A stretch of 64,000 bases of DNA from Ostreococcus lucimarinus (taxonomy: Eukaryota), in the NCBI GenBank assembly GCA_000092065.1, contig CP000590.1. One strand, written 5' to 3'. The notes below the pieces were generated by a model. That model was given only the letters and a program-made list of their open reading frames with translations, searched no databases and was not told the origin of the DNA. A program made the translations under genes and the position numbers. Positions 39,224 through 49,159 of the stretch are shown here, one piece after another (within the stretch, counting starts at the first letter, position 1; each line of letters opens with the position of its first letter).

Positions 39224-40687
39224 CTACGGGTATAGCGCGTCGCGGGCGTCCGCGTCCAACGTCAACTCGCGATCGCCGAGGTTGACGTACCAATAAATAG
39301 CGCCAGAAACGTACACGAAGGCGATGACGGCGAAGACTAAGGACCAGGAATCGGAGGCGTCGAGGATGGCGCCGCTGACGGGCACGGCGAGCGCGCCGGC
39401 GAGCGTGGCGGCGGTGTTGCCGGTGGCGAAGACCATGCCGGCGTGTCGAGGCGCGATGTCTAGATGCGAGACGCTCACGCCCGCGAGTGTCAGGGCGGAG
39501 AGCGCGAGACCGAGGTCTACGGCGACGGCGGCGAGCGTGGCGTTGCCTTCGGCGAGCGGCGACGCGGCGACGAGGAGGCACAGCGCGGGGCCGAGCGTGC
39601 CGGCGCACTGCGCCGCGCGTCTCACCGTTTTCACCCGCACGTTTTTGTTGTGAATGAGGTCGTCTGCGATGATACCGACGCCGAATCCGAGGACGCCTTG
39701 AAGAATGTACGGCGCGAACGTGAAGGCTGGGAGGTCGGCCAAATCGACGCCTTGCGCCTCGTTAAAGTACGTCGGCAGCCAACTCAGAAGGCCGTACATG
39801 CCCCAGCTCTGCGTGAATTGCGCGACGCAAATCGCGCGCACTTCCTTGCGACGTATCAGCTCCGTCCAAATCGCGAACGACGCCGGCGGCTTCGTCGCCG
39901 TGGCGCTCGATTCCGCGATGAATCGTCTCGTCTCCGCGTCTTCGATTTCATCGTCTACGCCGCGCGGCTCGCGATGGTCCGGAAGTGCGAACCAAAACGG
40001 TGCCCACAACAGCGCGATCGCGCCAAAGCTATAAAACGCACTCGGCCATCCGAACTCGCTCACTAATCCCGGCGTCACCGCGAACGCGAACGCCGCGCCC
40101 GCGTAGGAAGCCGCAGTCACCGCCGCCACCGCCGTCGACCGCTTCTCCCTCGGCACCTCTCTCGCGATGAGCGCGTGACACGCCGGAAACGCCAAACCCT
40201 CACCCATGCCCAAAATCACCCGCATCGCGATCAACGGCGCGATCCCCGCGCGCGCCGCCGCCGGCGTCAGCGCCGTCGCCGCCGACCACGCCGCGACGCC
40301 CCAACCCAGCGTCGTCTTCCCGCCCGCTCGATCCGCCCACCGTCCTCCCACGATCTGCGTCGCCCCGTATCCGTAAAAAAACGCGCTCAGCACCAACCCT
40401 TCCTCGAATTTATCCCACCCGAACCCATCCTTCATCGCGACGATCGCGGTCGAAATGTTTGAGCGGTCCGCGTAGCACGTCGCCACCGCGAACGCGCACG
40501 CCGCCGTCGTCCCGAGCCAGGCTCGTCCCGCGTCCGCCTCGCGCCGATCGCGCGCCGGCGCGTCGCCGCCGCCGTCGCCGTCGTCGTCGTCGTCGCGCGC
40601 GAGCGTCGCGAGCTCGATCTCGCGCGTCGCGCGCGCGTCGTCGTCGTCGCGCGCGCGCGAGAGTTCGTTACGTCCTCCCGTCGCCAT
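39224..40687 (-). CDS. MFS transporter of the SLC17/PHT4 anion-transporter type (487 aa from the ATG at 40687). The upstream part of the 800-aa track ORF is antisense to the GT2 gene.
   Basis: About 12 TM segments. MFS motifs: GRWADRAGGKTTLGWGV, MRVILGMGEGLAFPACHALIAREVPREKRSTAVA and ...DIAPRHAGMVFATGNTAATLAGALAVPVSG. Confidence 0.75.
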   Translation of the reverse strand: MATGGRNELSRARDDDDARATREIELATLARDDDDDGDGGGDAPARDRREADAGRAWLGTTAACAFAVATCYADRSNISTAIVAMKDGFGWDKFEEGLVLSAFFYGYGATQIVGGRWADRAGGKTTLGWGVAAWSAATALTPAAARAGIAPLIAMRVILGMGEGLAFPACHALIAREVPREKRSTAVAAVTAASYAGAAFAFAVTPGLVSEFGWPSAFYSFGAIALLWAPFWFALPDHREPRGVDDEIEDAETRRFIAESSATATKPPASFAIWTELIRRKEVRAICVAQFTQSWGMYGLLSWLPTYFNEAQGVDLADLPAFTFAPYILQGVLGFGVGIIADDLIHNKNVRVKTVRRAAQCAGTLGPALCLLVAASPLAEGNATLAAVAVDLGLALSALTLAGVSVSHLDIAPRHAGMVFATGNTAATLAGALAVPVSGAILDASDSWSLVFAVIAFVYVSGAIYWYVNLGDRELTLDADARDALYP

Positions 40688-40835
40688 CGTCGTCGTCCCG
40701 CGCGTCGCGCGCGTCGCGCGCGTCGCGTCCGCGCGCGCCGCGCGATTCGTCGTCGACGCTCGCGCCGCGCGCGTCGACGCGCGCGCGAGCCCGCCGACGC
40801 GAGACGCCGCTCGAGCGCGCATTCGCCGCCGCGCA

Positions 40836-42215
40836 ATGCCGCGCGACGACGACGACGCGCGCGCGGCGCCGCGCGCGAAGCGCTCGAGGACGCGCGCGGG
40901 CGCGGGCGCGACGCCGGAGATCAGCGTGCTGATGCCCGCGCGCAACGCCATGCCCTGGCTCGCGGCGTGCGTGGAGAGCGTGCTGACGCAGCGCGACGTC
41001 GCGCTCGAGCTCGTCGTCGGCGACGACGGCAGCGACGACGGCACGCGCGAGTGGCTGCTGACGCTCGAGCGCGCGCTCGAAGCGCGAGACTCGAACGCGT
41101 CGAGCGACGCGGGGACGCGCGCGAGCGATGGGTTCGCGGAGGACGCGCTGACGGGGGACGCGACGCGGGCGCGGAGGCGAGGCGCGGAGGACGTCGCGAG
41201 AGCGGCGTCGAGGACGTGCGAGATGCGCGTGCTGTTGCTCGATCGCGACCGGGAGGGGAAGAGTCCGAGTGGACAAGGGTTGGCGCTGAACGCGTGCTTC
41301 GAGGCGTCGCGAGGAGCGTTGGTGGGGGAGATGGAGTCGGATGATTTGCGGCCGCCGGACGCGTTTCGATCGCTCGCCGACGCGCTCGAGGCGAACGCGG
41401 AGTGGGACGCGGCGACGTCGCGCATCGAGCTGTGTGGGACGGAGCGCGAGGGGATGAAAAGGTTCGAACGGTGGCAAAATGGCTTGCTCGAACCGCGCGA
41501 GCTGGCGCGAGGTCGATTTATTGAGATTCCCGCGCTTCGCGCGTCGGCGCTCTTTCGGCGAGCCAAGCTCGAAGAGTTGCGCGCCAAGACGCCCGAGGGG
41601 GCGTTGTACAGAGACTTGTGGCGCACGGACGACGGCGCGGTGTCGGATTTCGCGACGTGCGCCAGAGGAACGCCGGCGCCGGACGCGCGTCCGCATCGAT
41701 GGTGGCCGGTGGATTCCGACTTTTGGCACCGCTGGTTTCACCACGGTTTCACCGTCGGCAAGGTGCCGCGCGCGCTGTATTACTGGCGACAGTACGACGC
41801 TCAATCCACGCGCACACACTCGCGGTGCTCGCTCGAGCAGCTTCGTCGATGCAAGGCGTACTTCCTCGTCGCCGCCGCGCTCGAGGGCCAGTTTTCCGCG
41901 ACGCCGTTGCGCGAAATTCGCGTGTACAGCGTCGGCGAAACCCTTCGCGCGTGGAGCGAAGCCGTGCGTCGAGAGATCGACTGCCAGTGCCCCCGACGCC
42001 GTCCGAGCGACATTCCGCGCCTCATCGTCGCCCCTCGCGCGCACAAACCCGCCGCACTGTGTGCGTCCGGGTTTCTCGCGCGCGACGTCGACTCGGACGA
42101 CGATTCCGTCCTTCGCGTCTTCGCCTTTGGTTCCGAGCGACCTCGCGAGCGCGTCGCCGCCGCCGTCGCCGCGCTCGCGCGTCCGGACCGTTTTCCCCAC
42201 GTCTTCGTCGCCTAG
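40836..42215 (+). CDS. Family-2 glycosyltransferase (GT2).
   Basis: ISVLMPARNAMPWLAACVESVLTQRDVALELVVGDDGSDDGT is the classic Glycos_transf_2 N-terminus with the DDG motif. Confidence 0.75.
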   Translation: MPRDDDDARAAPRAKRSRTRAGAGATPEISVLMPARNAMPWLAACVESVLTQRDVALELVVGDDGSDDGTREWLLTLERALEARDSNASSDAGTRASDGFAEDALTGDATRARRRGAEDVARAASRTCEMRVLLLDRDREGKSPSGQGLALNACFEASRGALVGEMESDDLRPPDAFRSLADALEANAEWDAATSRIELCGTEREGMKRFERWQNGLLEPRELARGRFIEIPALRASALFRRAKLEELRAKTPEGALYRDLWRTDDGAVSDFATCARGTPAPDARPHRWWPVDSDFWHRWFHHGFTVGKVPRALYYWRQYDAQSTRTHSRCSLEQLRRCKAYFLVAAALEGQFSATPLREIRVYSVGETLRAWSEAVRREIDCQCPRRRPSDIPRLIVAPRAHKPAALCASGFLARDVDSDDDSVLRVFAFGSERPRERVAAAVAALARPDRFPHVFVA

Positions 42216-42536
42216 CCCTTCCCGTCGTCGTCGACTTTGTATCGCATCCCACGATTCCGCCCTCGCGCCGCGCTTCGGTCCCATCGCGCGCGTCGTCGAC
42301 GACGCCGCGTTCGCCGGTCAACCGTCGTCGTCGCCGCCGTCGCGCGTCGCGGTTCGCGCTGCATTGCTCTGCAATCCACCGAGCGACGCGCGTCCGTCGT
42401 CACAATCGAGCGCGCGTCAGAATTCGACCGCGGATCGCGCGAACGAAAGAAAACACCCTCGCGCGCGCGCCTCGCGCCTCGCGCGACCCGAACGCGCGCG
42501 CGCGACGCGACGCGCGACGCATTCGTCGCGGCGCGA

Positions 42537-45500
42537 ATGTCGTCGCTGCGCTGGACGCCCGAGAGTTTACGCGCGACGATTCGCGATGCGGACGCGCTGA
42601 GCGCGCACTGGACGCGCGCGAGCGCGAGCGGACACGGGACGATTCGAGGCGAGCACGCGGTGGCGTTCTTACGACCGAGCGGGTTGAGCGACGGCGCGTT
42701 GAGCAAGATCTGGAAGGCGGCGACGCGAGGCACGGGACGGCTGGCGTCGGCGAAGGAGCTGGGAGAGTGCTTGGAACTCGTGGCGCGGGAGATGGAGGCG
42801 CCGAACGCGGCGTTTGTGACGCCAGGGGCGGGAGGGGAGGGAAAGAGCGTGGGAGGCGGGATCGTGGAATCGCCGAGGACGCCGGCGAGCGCGAGCGCGA
42901 CGACGGTGAAGGCGGCGCCCATGACGGATGCGGAGCGAAGGAAGTACTTTGGACACTTTCGAACGCTCGATGTGGAGGGAAAGGGCGCGGTGAGCGTGGA
43001 TGGAGCGGTGAAGTTTTTATCTAAGGCGGCGCTGCCGATGCTTTCGGTGCAGTTGTGCGTGGCGAGGGCCTCGCGCGGGGCGTCGACGGTGGATCGAGAG
43101 GCGTTCGCGGCGGCTATGCACGATGTGTACGCGCTCATTCGCGCGCAAGGTAACACACCGGTGACGCCGATGATGACACCAAGCGCGAGCGTGGCGCCGA
43201 GCGCACCCGTACCGTCGGTATCGGACGCGAGCGTTTCCAAACTGGAGGACAACTTTTTTGCGAGCGCGGGCGCGCCGACGCTCGGCGCGAGTGCGCTCGA
43301 GGCGACGAGTGCCATGTCGCTGGATTCGCTTAATGATAGCGGCGAAATCGAACGACTAGAACGCGAGTCTCAGGCGCGAGCGGAGAAGGCAAAACGCGAA
43401 GTACAAGCCGCCGATGCGAAGCGGGCAGCCGCCGAGGCTCGCATCGCTCGCGCGCAACGAGCCATCGACGCAGCGGACGAGGACGTCAACGCTGCGCGCG
43501 CCGCCGTCGAGGCCGCGGAAGCTGAGGCAGAGCGAATGAAGCGCGACGCAACAGCGCGCCTCGACAATGCGCGGCAGCAGCACGCGGAGCTCGTTCAAAA
43601 GGAGAGCCGGGTGAAGGCAGACGCGCAACAGCTCATCGCGGCGAAAAAGGCGCAGTACCAGTCAACCTTGGCGGAGTACGAGCGCTTGAGGGCCCAAGTT
43701 GCCAACGCTTCTGCTGTTGCGGCTTTACCAGTGAAAGCGATGCAAGACAAGCTGTCGAAGATTGAAGCCGAAACGCGCTCGCTTAAAACGCAAACTGATA
43801 AAGCCGCCGCTGACGCTTCGCAAGCGCTCATGAAGCGAGCGGTCGAAGTCGCCAAGGCGGAGCGCGCGAAAGCCGCAGCGATGCGAGAAATGCAAGCCGT
43901 GGATGCCAAGCTCGAAATGGAGACTAGTCGAAGTCAGAAGCAGTTGGAAGCGCTACAAGCAGAAACCGAAGCGCTCATCGCGAAACGTGAAGCCAAAACG
44001 GCGTCGCATCCCGCGGTGATGGAAGATCTCAGCGCGAAGATTCAAAAGTGCAGAGAAGACGCGGTGAAGGAAAAAGAAAAAACGGAAAGTACGATCGCTG
44101 CGTGCGACAAGGAGCGTTCTGATCTCGAAGCGAAGGTTTCGCTCGCGAAAGCTGAACTTGAAGCCGCGAAATCTGTCATGGACAGCGATTTGGCCACTCA
44201 CAAGCTCAAGCTCGAAGAGAAGAGGACGTCGCACGAAGAGGTTTCCGAGGCCGTTAGACAGGCCCTGGAGAAGCGCCGCGCGTTGGCGGAGAATCAAGCC
44301 ATGGAAATGTCCGTCCTCGACGACAAAATAATCGAAGCTGAATCTGCGCTCAAGGCAGAAGAAGCGGCTTTCGACGCACAGGAGCAGTCGCACCAAAAAG
44401 AGATGTCTACGAAGGAGGGCGTGCTCGCGAACCTCAACTCAAAGATTGACGCGATGCGAGCGCAGATGGAGGACAAGTATCTCATGTCTCAGCAAGCTCT
44501 CAGTCAAATCGAGGCGCGCATCGATGCCGCGGAGTTGAAATTCGAAGAGCAGCAACAAGAGATGGAGCTTGGAATGGCGCGGTTGGGGCAAGAAAGCGAC
44601 GAGTTGACAGAGAAGCTGCGCGTGGCAAAGGAAAAAGACGAACAAAACGCCAAGGACAAGGTTCAAAACCAAGTGCTCGTTGCGTCCAAGCGCGCGGAAG
44701 TGGAAGAGCTCAAACAAGAAATTTCTACCGAGTCGTCGCGAATCGAACGCGAGGTGTCTGAAGCGCAGACCGAGTTCGCGACTGCGAACGCGGCGCTGGA
44801 TGCGGAACGATCGGCGTTGAGCAACGCTCTGCAAAAGTTGCGAGAGACACTTCCCAAATCCGCCGCGGTGCTCGCGCAGATTGAAGCACTTCGTTCTTCC
44901 AAGGAAACCACAGAGTTGTACCGCATGGAAGCCGAAGACACCGCGGAAAAAGCGATGACGTCTTACGAGGAAGTATTGCGACGACTCGAGAATATCGCGA
45001 TGCAAGAGGCGGAGAACGCAGCCGATGCCGGCGAACCCCTATTCGCCGACGCACAAGCCGCGCTCGCAAGCGCAGGTGCTGTGACTTTTGATTCAAACAG
45101 TTTCCAACCCGCGGAAGGTCCTGGGCACGAACGACTTCCCTCTTTCGTCGATTTCGAAGTTTCCCCGGTGATGGAAACGAAAACGCCGACGCTTGACGCA
45201 GACTTTGGTGAGCCGTTTGGTGCGTCGGATGCGTTCGGAGAGCCCGACGACATCTTCGCGGCTGGCGGCGGCGACGTCTTCGCTGCGCCGCCCGCGACGG
45301 ACGTTTTCGCGACTTCCAATGCGACTGATTTCGATGACGTGTCGTTCACCATGGCACCAACGTCGGAAAGCCAGTTTAGATCTTTCTCTCTGGATGAACC
45401 GGAACCCGAGGTGCCTCCAGCGGACGACTTTGCGGCTGCCGAAGAGCCGATCGAATCCTTCGGCGCGTTTGAAGAATTTCAGCCCGAAGCAACCGGTGCA

Positions 45501-46976
45501 GATAGTCCATTTGAGCCGTCTGCTAAGAGTGAACCCGAGGTGCCTCCAGCGGACGACTTTACGGCTGCCGAAGAGCCGATCGAATCCTTCGGCGCGTTTG
45601 AAGAATTTCAGCCCGAAGCAACCGGTGCAGATAGTCCATTTGAGCCGTCTGCTAAGAGTTTAGAGTTTACCGGTGCAGACACTTTCGAGCCCATGAGCGA
45701 TGAAGCGCGTTCTCCGTCGGAAGATCCATTCGCCGTGAGCTCGCCGACGGAGGAGAGCGCGCCGGCGTTTACAACTTTCGATAACCAAGCGTTCACCTCA
45801 AACGATGACCAACAATGGCAGGACGATTTCGCCTCCTCGCCACCGCGGGAAGAATCATCTTGGAACCCGGACGAATCTACAGATGATGCGTTCGCGACTG
45901 CTCAGAAACCGAGCGCGACGTTTGATAGCGGCTTTGAAGCGAACGAATCCGTGTTTGCGACGCCGAGCGCTCTGGCGTTTCAAGGTGGGAATGAAGGTGG
46001 ATTCTCTTCCTTGGACGAAAGTTCGGCGGCACCACCGACGCCTGCGGAAGACTACACGGATGCGCGAGACGAAATGGAAGAGGAACCCCACGAATTGTAC
46101 CCGATTCCTCCCGAAGACTTGTCTCGCAGCAACGCCGCTTGGGAAAAGCTTCGAGGCGACGCCAACGCGCCGGGCGTGACGGGCGAACAAATCGTCTCTC
46201 TCGCGACGAAGACGGGCTTAGATAATTCCGACTTGGCCGTTATATGGAACATTTCGTGCACCCCCGGCGCGAGCGAGTTGAGCATGCACGATTTTGCGCT
46301 TTTCATGCACTTTTTGAAGCATCGTGTCAACGGCGGCGAGCTCCCGTACGAAGTCGACGCCGAGCGTCGAGCGTACTTTTTGGGCGCTCCAGAGATGATC
46401 GAACAACCACCGTCACCACCGACAATTTATGCAGAGACGGTTGAAGATTCGGATCAAATGCCCGCGCCGTCGACGTATCAAACATCATTCAACGAAGCGT
46501 CGACGTCAAACGCCGCTTCGGCGCCGCAAAACGCCTCGGGCGACCGTCTGAGAATTTTCATCGAGTCCGTCGCCAACGTCAAGGAGGCGAGTAAAATGTC
46601 CTCCGCGCACTTCGGCGTCACGCTCGTCGACGGCGAAGGCACGCCCATCGAACCGTCGCAGAACACTCCCATCGGCGTCCAAGTCGGTCCCGACGACGTC
46701 ATGCGCGTCCAAGGCGGCGTCACGTTGAACTCCCTCCCCGCCGAGTGGCCCGAAGGTTCCGCCGTCGTCCTCGAGCTTCGTCACTACAAGCAAAAGGAAA
46801 AGAAAATGTCCACCCGGTGTTGGTCGTTCATGGAGAAAGAATCCATCCGTCTCGGTTTATTCGGTCTTCCCCTCGCCGCCAAGCCCGCGGACACGAAGCG
46901 GCGCAAGGTGAAACTGTACAACAAAGGCAACCCGGATTTGAAAATTCGTTTCTCCTTCGTCGGTCGGGACGAGTGA
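42537..46976 (+). CDS. Eps15/intersectin-like endocytic scaffold (1479 aa from the ATG at 42537). It has two N-terminal EH domains, a ~450-aa coiled coil, an acidic D-x-F motif region containing a 43-aa tandem duplication, a third EH domain and a C-terminal beta-rich module.
   Basis: EH-like: SKIWKAATRGTGRLASAKELGECLELV, RRKYFGHFRTLDVEGKGAVSVDGAVKFLSKAALP and AAWEKLRGDANAPGVTGEQIVSLATKTGLDNSDLAVIWNISCTPGASELSMHDFALFMHFL. Repeated DAF/DDF/DPF motifs are present. Confidence 0.7.
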   Translation: MSSLRWTPESLRATIRDADALSAHWTRASASGHGTIRGEHAVAFLRPSGLSDGALSKIWKAATRGTGRLASAKELGECLELVAREMEAPNAAFVTPGAGGEGKSVGGGIVESPRTPASASATTVKAAPMTDAERRKYFGHFRTLDVEGKGAVSVDGAVKFLSKAALPMLSVQLCVARASRGASTVDREAFAAAMHDVYALIRAQGNTPVTPMMTPSASVAPSAPVPSVSDASVSKLEDNFFASAGAPTLGASALEATSAMSLDSLNDSGEIERLERESQARAEKAKREVQAADAKRAAAEARIARAQRAIDAADEDVNAARAAVEAAEAEAERMKRDATARLDNARQQHAELVQKESRVKADAQQLIAAKKAQYQSTLAEYERLRAQVANASAVAALPVKAMQDKLSKIEAETRSLKTQTDKAAADASQALMKRAVEVAKAERAKAAAMREMQAVDAKLEMETSRSQKQLEALQAETEALIAKREAKTASHPAVMEDLSAKIQKCREDAVKEKEKTESTIAACDKERSDLEAKVSLAKAELEAAKSVMDSDLATHKLKLEEKRTSHEEVSEAVRQALEKRRALAENQAMEMSVLDDKIIEAESALKAEEAAFDAQEQSHQKEMSTKEGVLANLNSKIDAMRAQMEDKYLMSQQALSQIEARIDAAELKFEEQQQEMELGMARLGQESDELTEKLRVAKEKDEQNAKDKVQNQVLVASKRAEVEELKQEISTESSRIEREVSEAQTEFATANAALDAERSALSNALQKLRETLPKSAAVLAQIEALRSSKETTELYRMEAEDTAEKAMTSYEEVLRRLENIAMQEAENAADAGEPLFADAQAALASAGAVTFDSNSFQPAEGPGHERLPSFVDFEVSPVMETKTPTLDADFGEPFGASDAFGEPDDIFAAGGGDVFAAPPATDVFATSNATDFDDVSFTMAPTSESQFRSFSLDEPEPEVPPADDFAAAEEPIESFGAFEEFQPEATGADSPFEPSAKSEPEVPPADDFTAAEEPIESFGAFEEFQPEATGADSPFEPSAKSLEFTGADTFEPMSDEARSPSEDPFAVSSPTEESAPAFTTFDNQAFTSNDDQQWQDDFASSPPREESSWNPDESTDDAFATAQKPSATFDSGFEANESVFATPSALAFQGGNEGGFSSLDESSAAPPTPAEDYTDARDEMEEEPHELYPIPPEDLSRSNAAWEKLRGDANAPGVTGEQIVSLATKTGLDNSDLAVIWNISCTPGASELSMHDFALFMHFLKHRVNGGELPYEVDAERRAYFLGAPEMIEQPPSPPTIYAETVEDSDQMPAPSTYQTSFNEASTSNAASAPQNASGDRLRIFIESVANVKEASKMSSAHFGVTLVDGEGTPIEPSQNTPIGVQVGPDDVMRVQGGVTLNSLPAEWPEGSAVVLELRHYKQKEKKMSTRCWSFMEKESIRLGLFGLPLAAKPADTKRRKVKLYNKGNPDLKIRFSFVGRDE
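45402..45659. repeat. Near-perfect 129-bp x2 tandem duplication inside the EH-domain gene, with one mismatch (gcg/acg).
   Basis: gaacccgaggtgcctccagcggacgactttgcggctgccgaagagccgatcgaatccttcggcgcgtttgaagaatttcagcccgaagcaaccggtgcagatagtccatttgagccgtctgctaagagt occurs twice. It encodes EPEVPPADDF(A/T)AAEEPIESFGAFEEFQPEATGADSPFEPSAKS. Confidence 0.9.
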
Positions 46977-47153
46977 TCGCATCTCTTGTAACCTCAACCT
47001 CGCATTTTCGCGTCAATCGTCGTCGTTCGCCGCTTCGCGCCGCTTCGAGTCGCTTCGCGTCTCGTCGTCCCCTCCTCCGCGCCGCGCCGTCCCTCAGAAT
47101 TCGCCTCGCCGCGTCGTCCGGTCGTCGCGCCTCGCGCGCTCGCGACGCGCGCC

Positions 47154-48617
47154 ATGCCGTGGCACGACATTCTCACCGCCGGCGTCGACACGTGGAGCGA
47201 TTACGACGACACCGACGACGAGCGCTGCGCCGTCGATTTCGCGCGCGACGTCGGCGGCTCGACAATCGACGACCGCGCGACGTCCGCGCTCGTCAACACC
47301 GCGTCGGAGGAGGATCTGAGAGCGAAGCGCGCGTGCGCGAGCGATCGCAGCAGCGGAGAGGACGCGCGCGAGGGCGCGGAGGGAGAGAAAACGACGCGAC
47401 GAGGCGAAAGGGAGGACGCGCGCGAGGGCGCGAGACGCGCGAACGATCCGACAGAGGCGACGAAGGGCCACGGTGAGGGTGATGGCGCCGAAGGCGCGAA
47501 AACGGGCGCGTCGAGAGAAGATTGGGGGACGAAATTAGGATTAGACGCGGGATGGCGAAGCGAACGGAGGGATTTGGAATGGCAGTGCTTGTGGATCGAA
47601 TTGCGCGTGCGAGAGATCGGTAGGCACATCGAACGATACGAGAGTCGGTTGGAGACGATGAAGGCGCGAGGGGAGACGAGCGGGCGAGACGCGAAGGAGG
47701 AGGAGTCGGAAGACTTCAAAAATGATGGGACGCGCGGGGATTTACCGCGCAAGAGGTTGCGCCGCGGGAAGGCGACGCCGCGCGCGCCGGTGATATTGGG
47801 ACATCCCATGTTCGCCGCTTTGGAAAACTCTGGCTCGAAAGGTGGTCGGGCGGCGAAGAAGAAGACGATGCCGGCTCCGCAGGAGCCGTCAACGACGACC
47901 ACGGCGGAGTTGAGCGGGTCCAAGGCGTTGGGGTCGGGCAAGCGAGAGAGTTCTGAAGACAACCCTAAGTCGTCCGAGGAGAAGAAGCGCAAAGTCATGG
48001 AGGCCATCGTACCGAAAGAGACGAACTCAGACAGCGACATTTCCACCACCGCTTTGTACGAGCAAATCGACGCCGCCCAAAAGCGCGTGGCTTCGCTCAA
48101 GCAACGACTGAGCCAAACCGCGCCCAAGTTGTCGCAAAAGAACTCGGAGAGCAAATTTAAGACTCCGGCGTCGAAGAGTAGAGGCGACAAGCACGCGGCG
48201 GAAAAGACTCCGGGGAGCTCTGGCAAACGTGGAACGAGCCGAAAGGCTGAAGCGTACGACATCAACAACGTCATCTCGGCGCAAGGACCGGCAAAGTATG
48301 TCGAACGCGCTATTCACGAAACCATCGCTACGCCCAAGGTTCGCGCGGCGAGCACGTACGTCTCGCCCGCGCAAATCGCGACGGACGGCGAATCATCCGA
48401 TGAGGACGTATCCGACGCGGTGTACATCGAGCGCCACGCCAAGCTCGAGGTCGACGAGCGCGCGGCGCGCACGCCGCTCGCGCGCGGAAGAAGCGCCCAA
48501 AAGCAACCGCCGACGCCGTCGGGCAAGCAAGTTTCCCTCTTCGACGTCGACGTCGACGACGCGTCGCCGAACTCCACCGCGGAAGCGGCCACGACGACCC
48601 TGACGAACTCGAAGTGA
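47154..48617 (+). CDS. Hypothetical nuclear-type protein, Ser/Lys/Glu-rich. It has a possible PEHE-like motif near the C-terminus.
   Basis: The starting ATG is 178 bp after the previous stop. Low-complexity charged sequence, with ...DEDVSDAVYIERHAKLEVDERAARTP near the C-terminus. No confident family was found. Confidence 0.35.
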   Translation: MPWHDILTAGVDTWSDYDDTDDERCAVDFARDVGGSTIDDRATSALVNTASEEDLRAKRACASDRSSGEDAREGAEGEKTTRRGEREDAREGARRANDPTEATKGHGEGDGAEGAKTGASREDWGTKLGLDAGWRSERRDLEWQCLWIELRVREIGRHIERYESRLETMKARGETSGRDAKEEESEDFKNDGTRGDLPRKRLRRGKATPRAPVILGHPMFAALENSGSKGGRAAKKKTMPAPQEPSTTTTAELSGSKALGSGKRESSEDNPKSSEEKKRKVMEAIVPKETNSDSDISTTALYEQIDAAQKRVASLKQRLSQTAPKLSQKNSESKFKTPASKSRGDKHAAEKTPGSSGKRGTSRKAEAYDINNVISAQGPAKYVERAIHETIATPKVRAASTYVSPAQIATDGESSDEDVSDAVYIERHAKLEVDERAARTPLARGRSAQKQPPTPSGKQVSLFDVDVDDASPNSTAEAATTTLTNSK

Positions 48618-48751
48618 TCGAACGCGCCGTCGTCGACGGGAGTTCGAGTTGTAGTGACCAAAACTTTTGTTGTACAACCGCCTCGCGACTGAAACGTCCC
48701 CAGACGCCGACGCGCGCCGCACGCCGCGCGCGCGCGACGTCGCCCGGTCCG

Positions 48752-49075
48752 ATGCTCCGCGCGGCCGCGGTCGCGGCGACGACCGCGCCTCGAGCCATCG
48801 CACCGCGCGCGCGACGCGGTCGAGGCGTCCCGGCGACGCGGCGAACGCGCGTCTTCGCGCGCGCCGGCGGTGACGACGACGCCGACGACGACGCCGACGA
48901 CGCGCCGACGCCCGCGGGGAAGTTGGACGGGGGGAAGTACGGCATGGGCGGCAGAATCGACGACGCGCTGGACGCGAGCACGAACGAAACGAGCTTCGTG
49001 CTCGGCGGATTTCTGTTGACGTTGTCAGCCATCGCGTTGTTCGCGTTCGGGCCGCGGCCGCCGACGGAGTATTGA
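48752..49075 (+). CDS. Small presequence-bearing single-pass membrane protein (107 aa from the ATG at 48752), possibly organellar.
   Basis: MLRAAAVAATTAPRAIAPRARRGRG... presequence, an acidic stretch, then one TM segment ETSFVLGGFLLTLSAIALFAFG. Confidence 0.3.
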   Translation: MLRAAAVAATTAPRAIAPRARRGRGVPATRRTRVFARAGGDDDADDDADDAPTPAGKLDGGKYGMGGRIDDALDASTNETSFVLGGFLLTLSAIALFAFGPRPPTEY

Positions 49076-49159
49076 TTGAATGCATTAGAATCGCGCGCGT
49101 TGTAGACACAGAAGATACAGTACATTGTGACAAAGACGCGCGCGACGCGCCGCGGCTAT

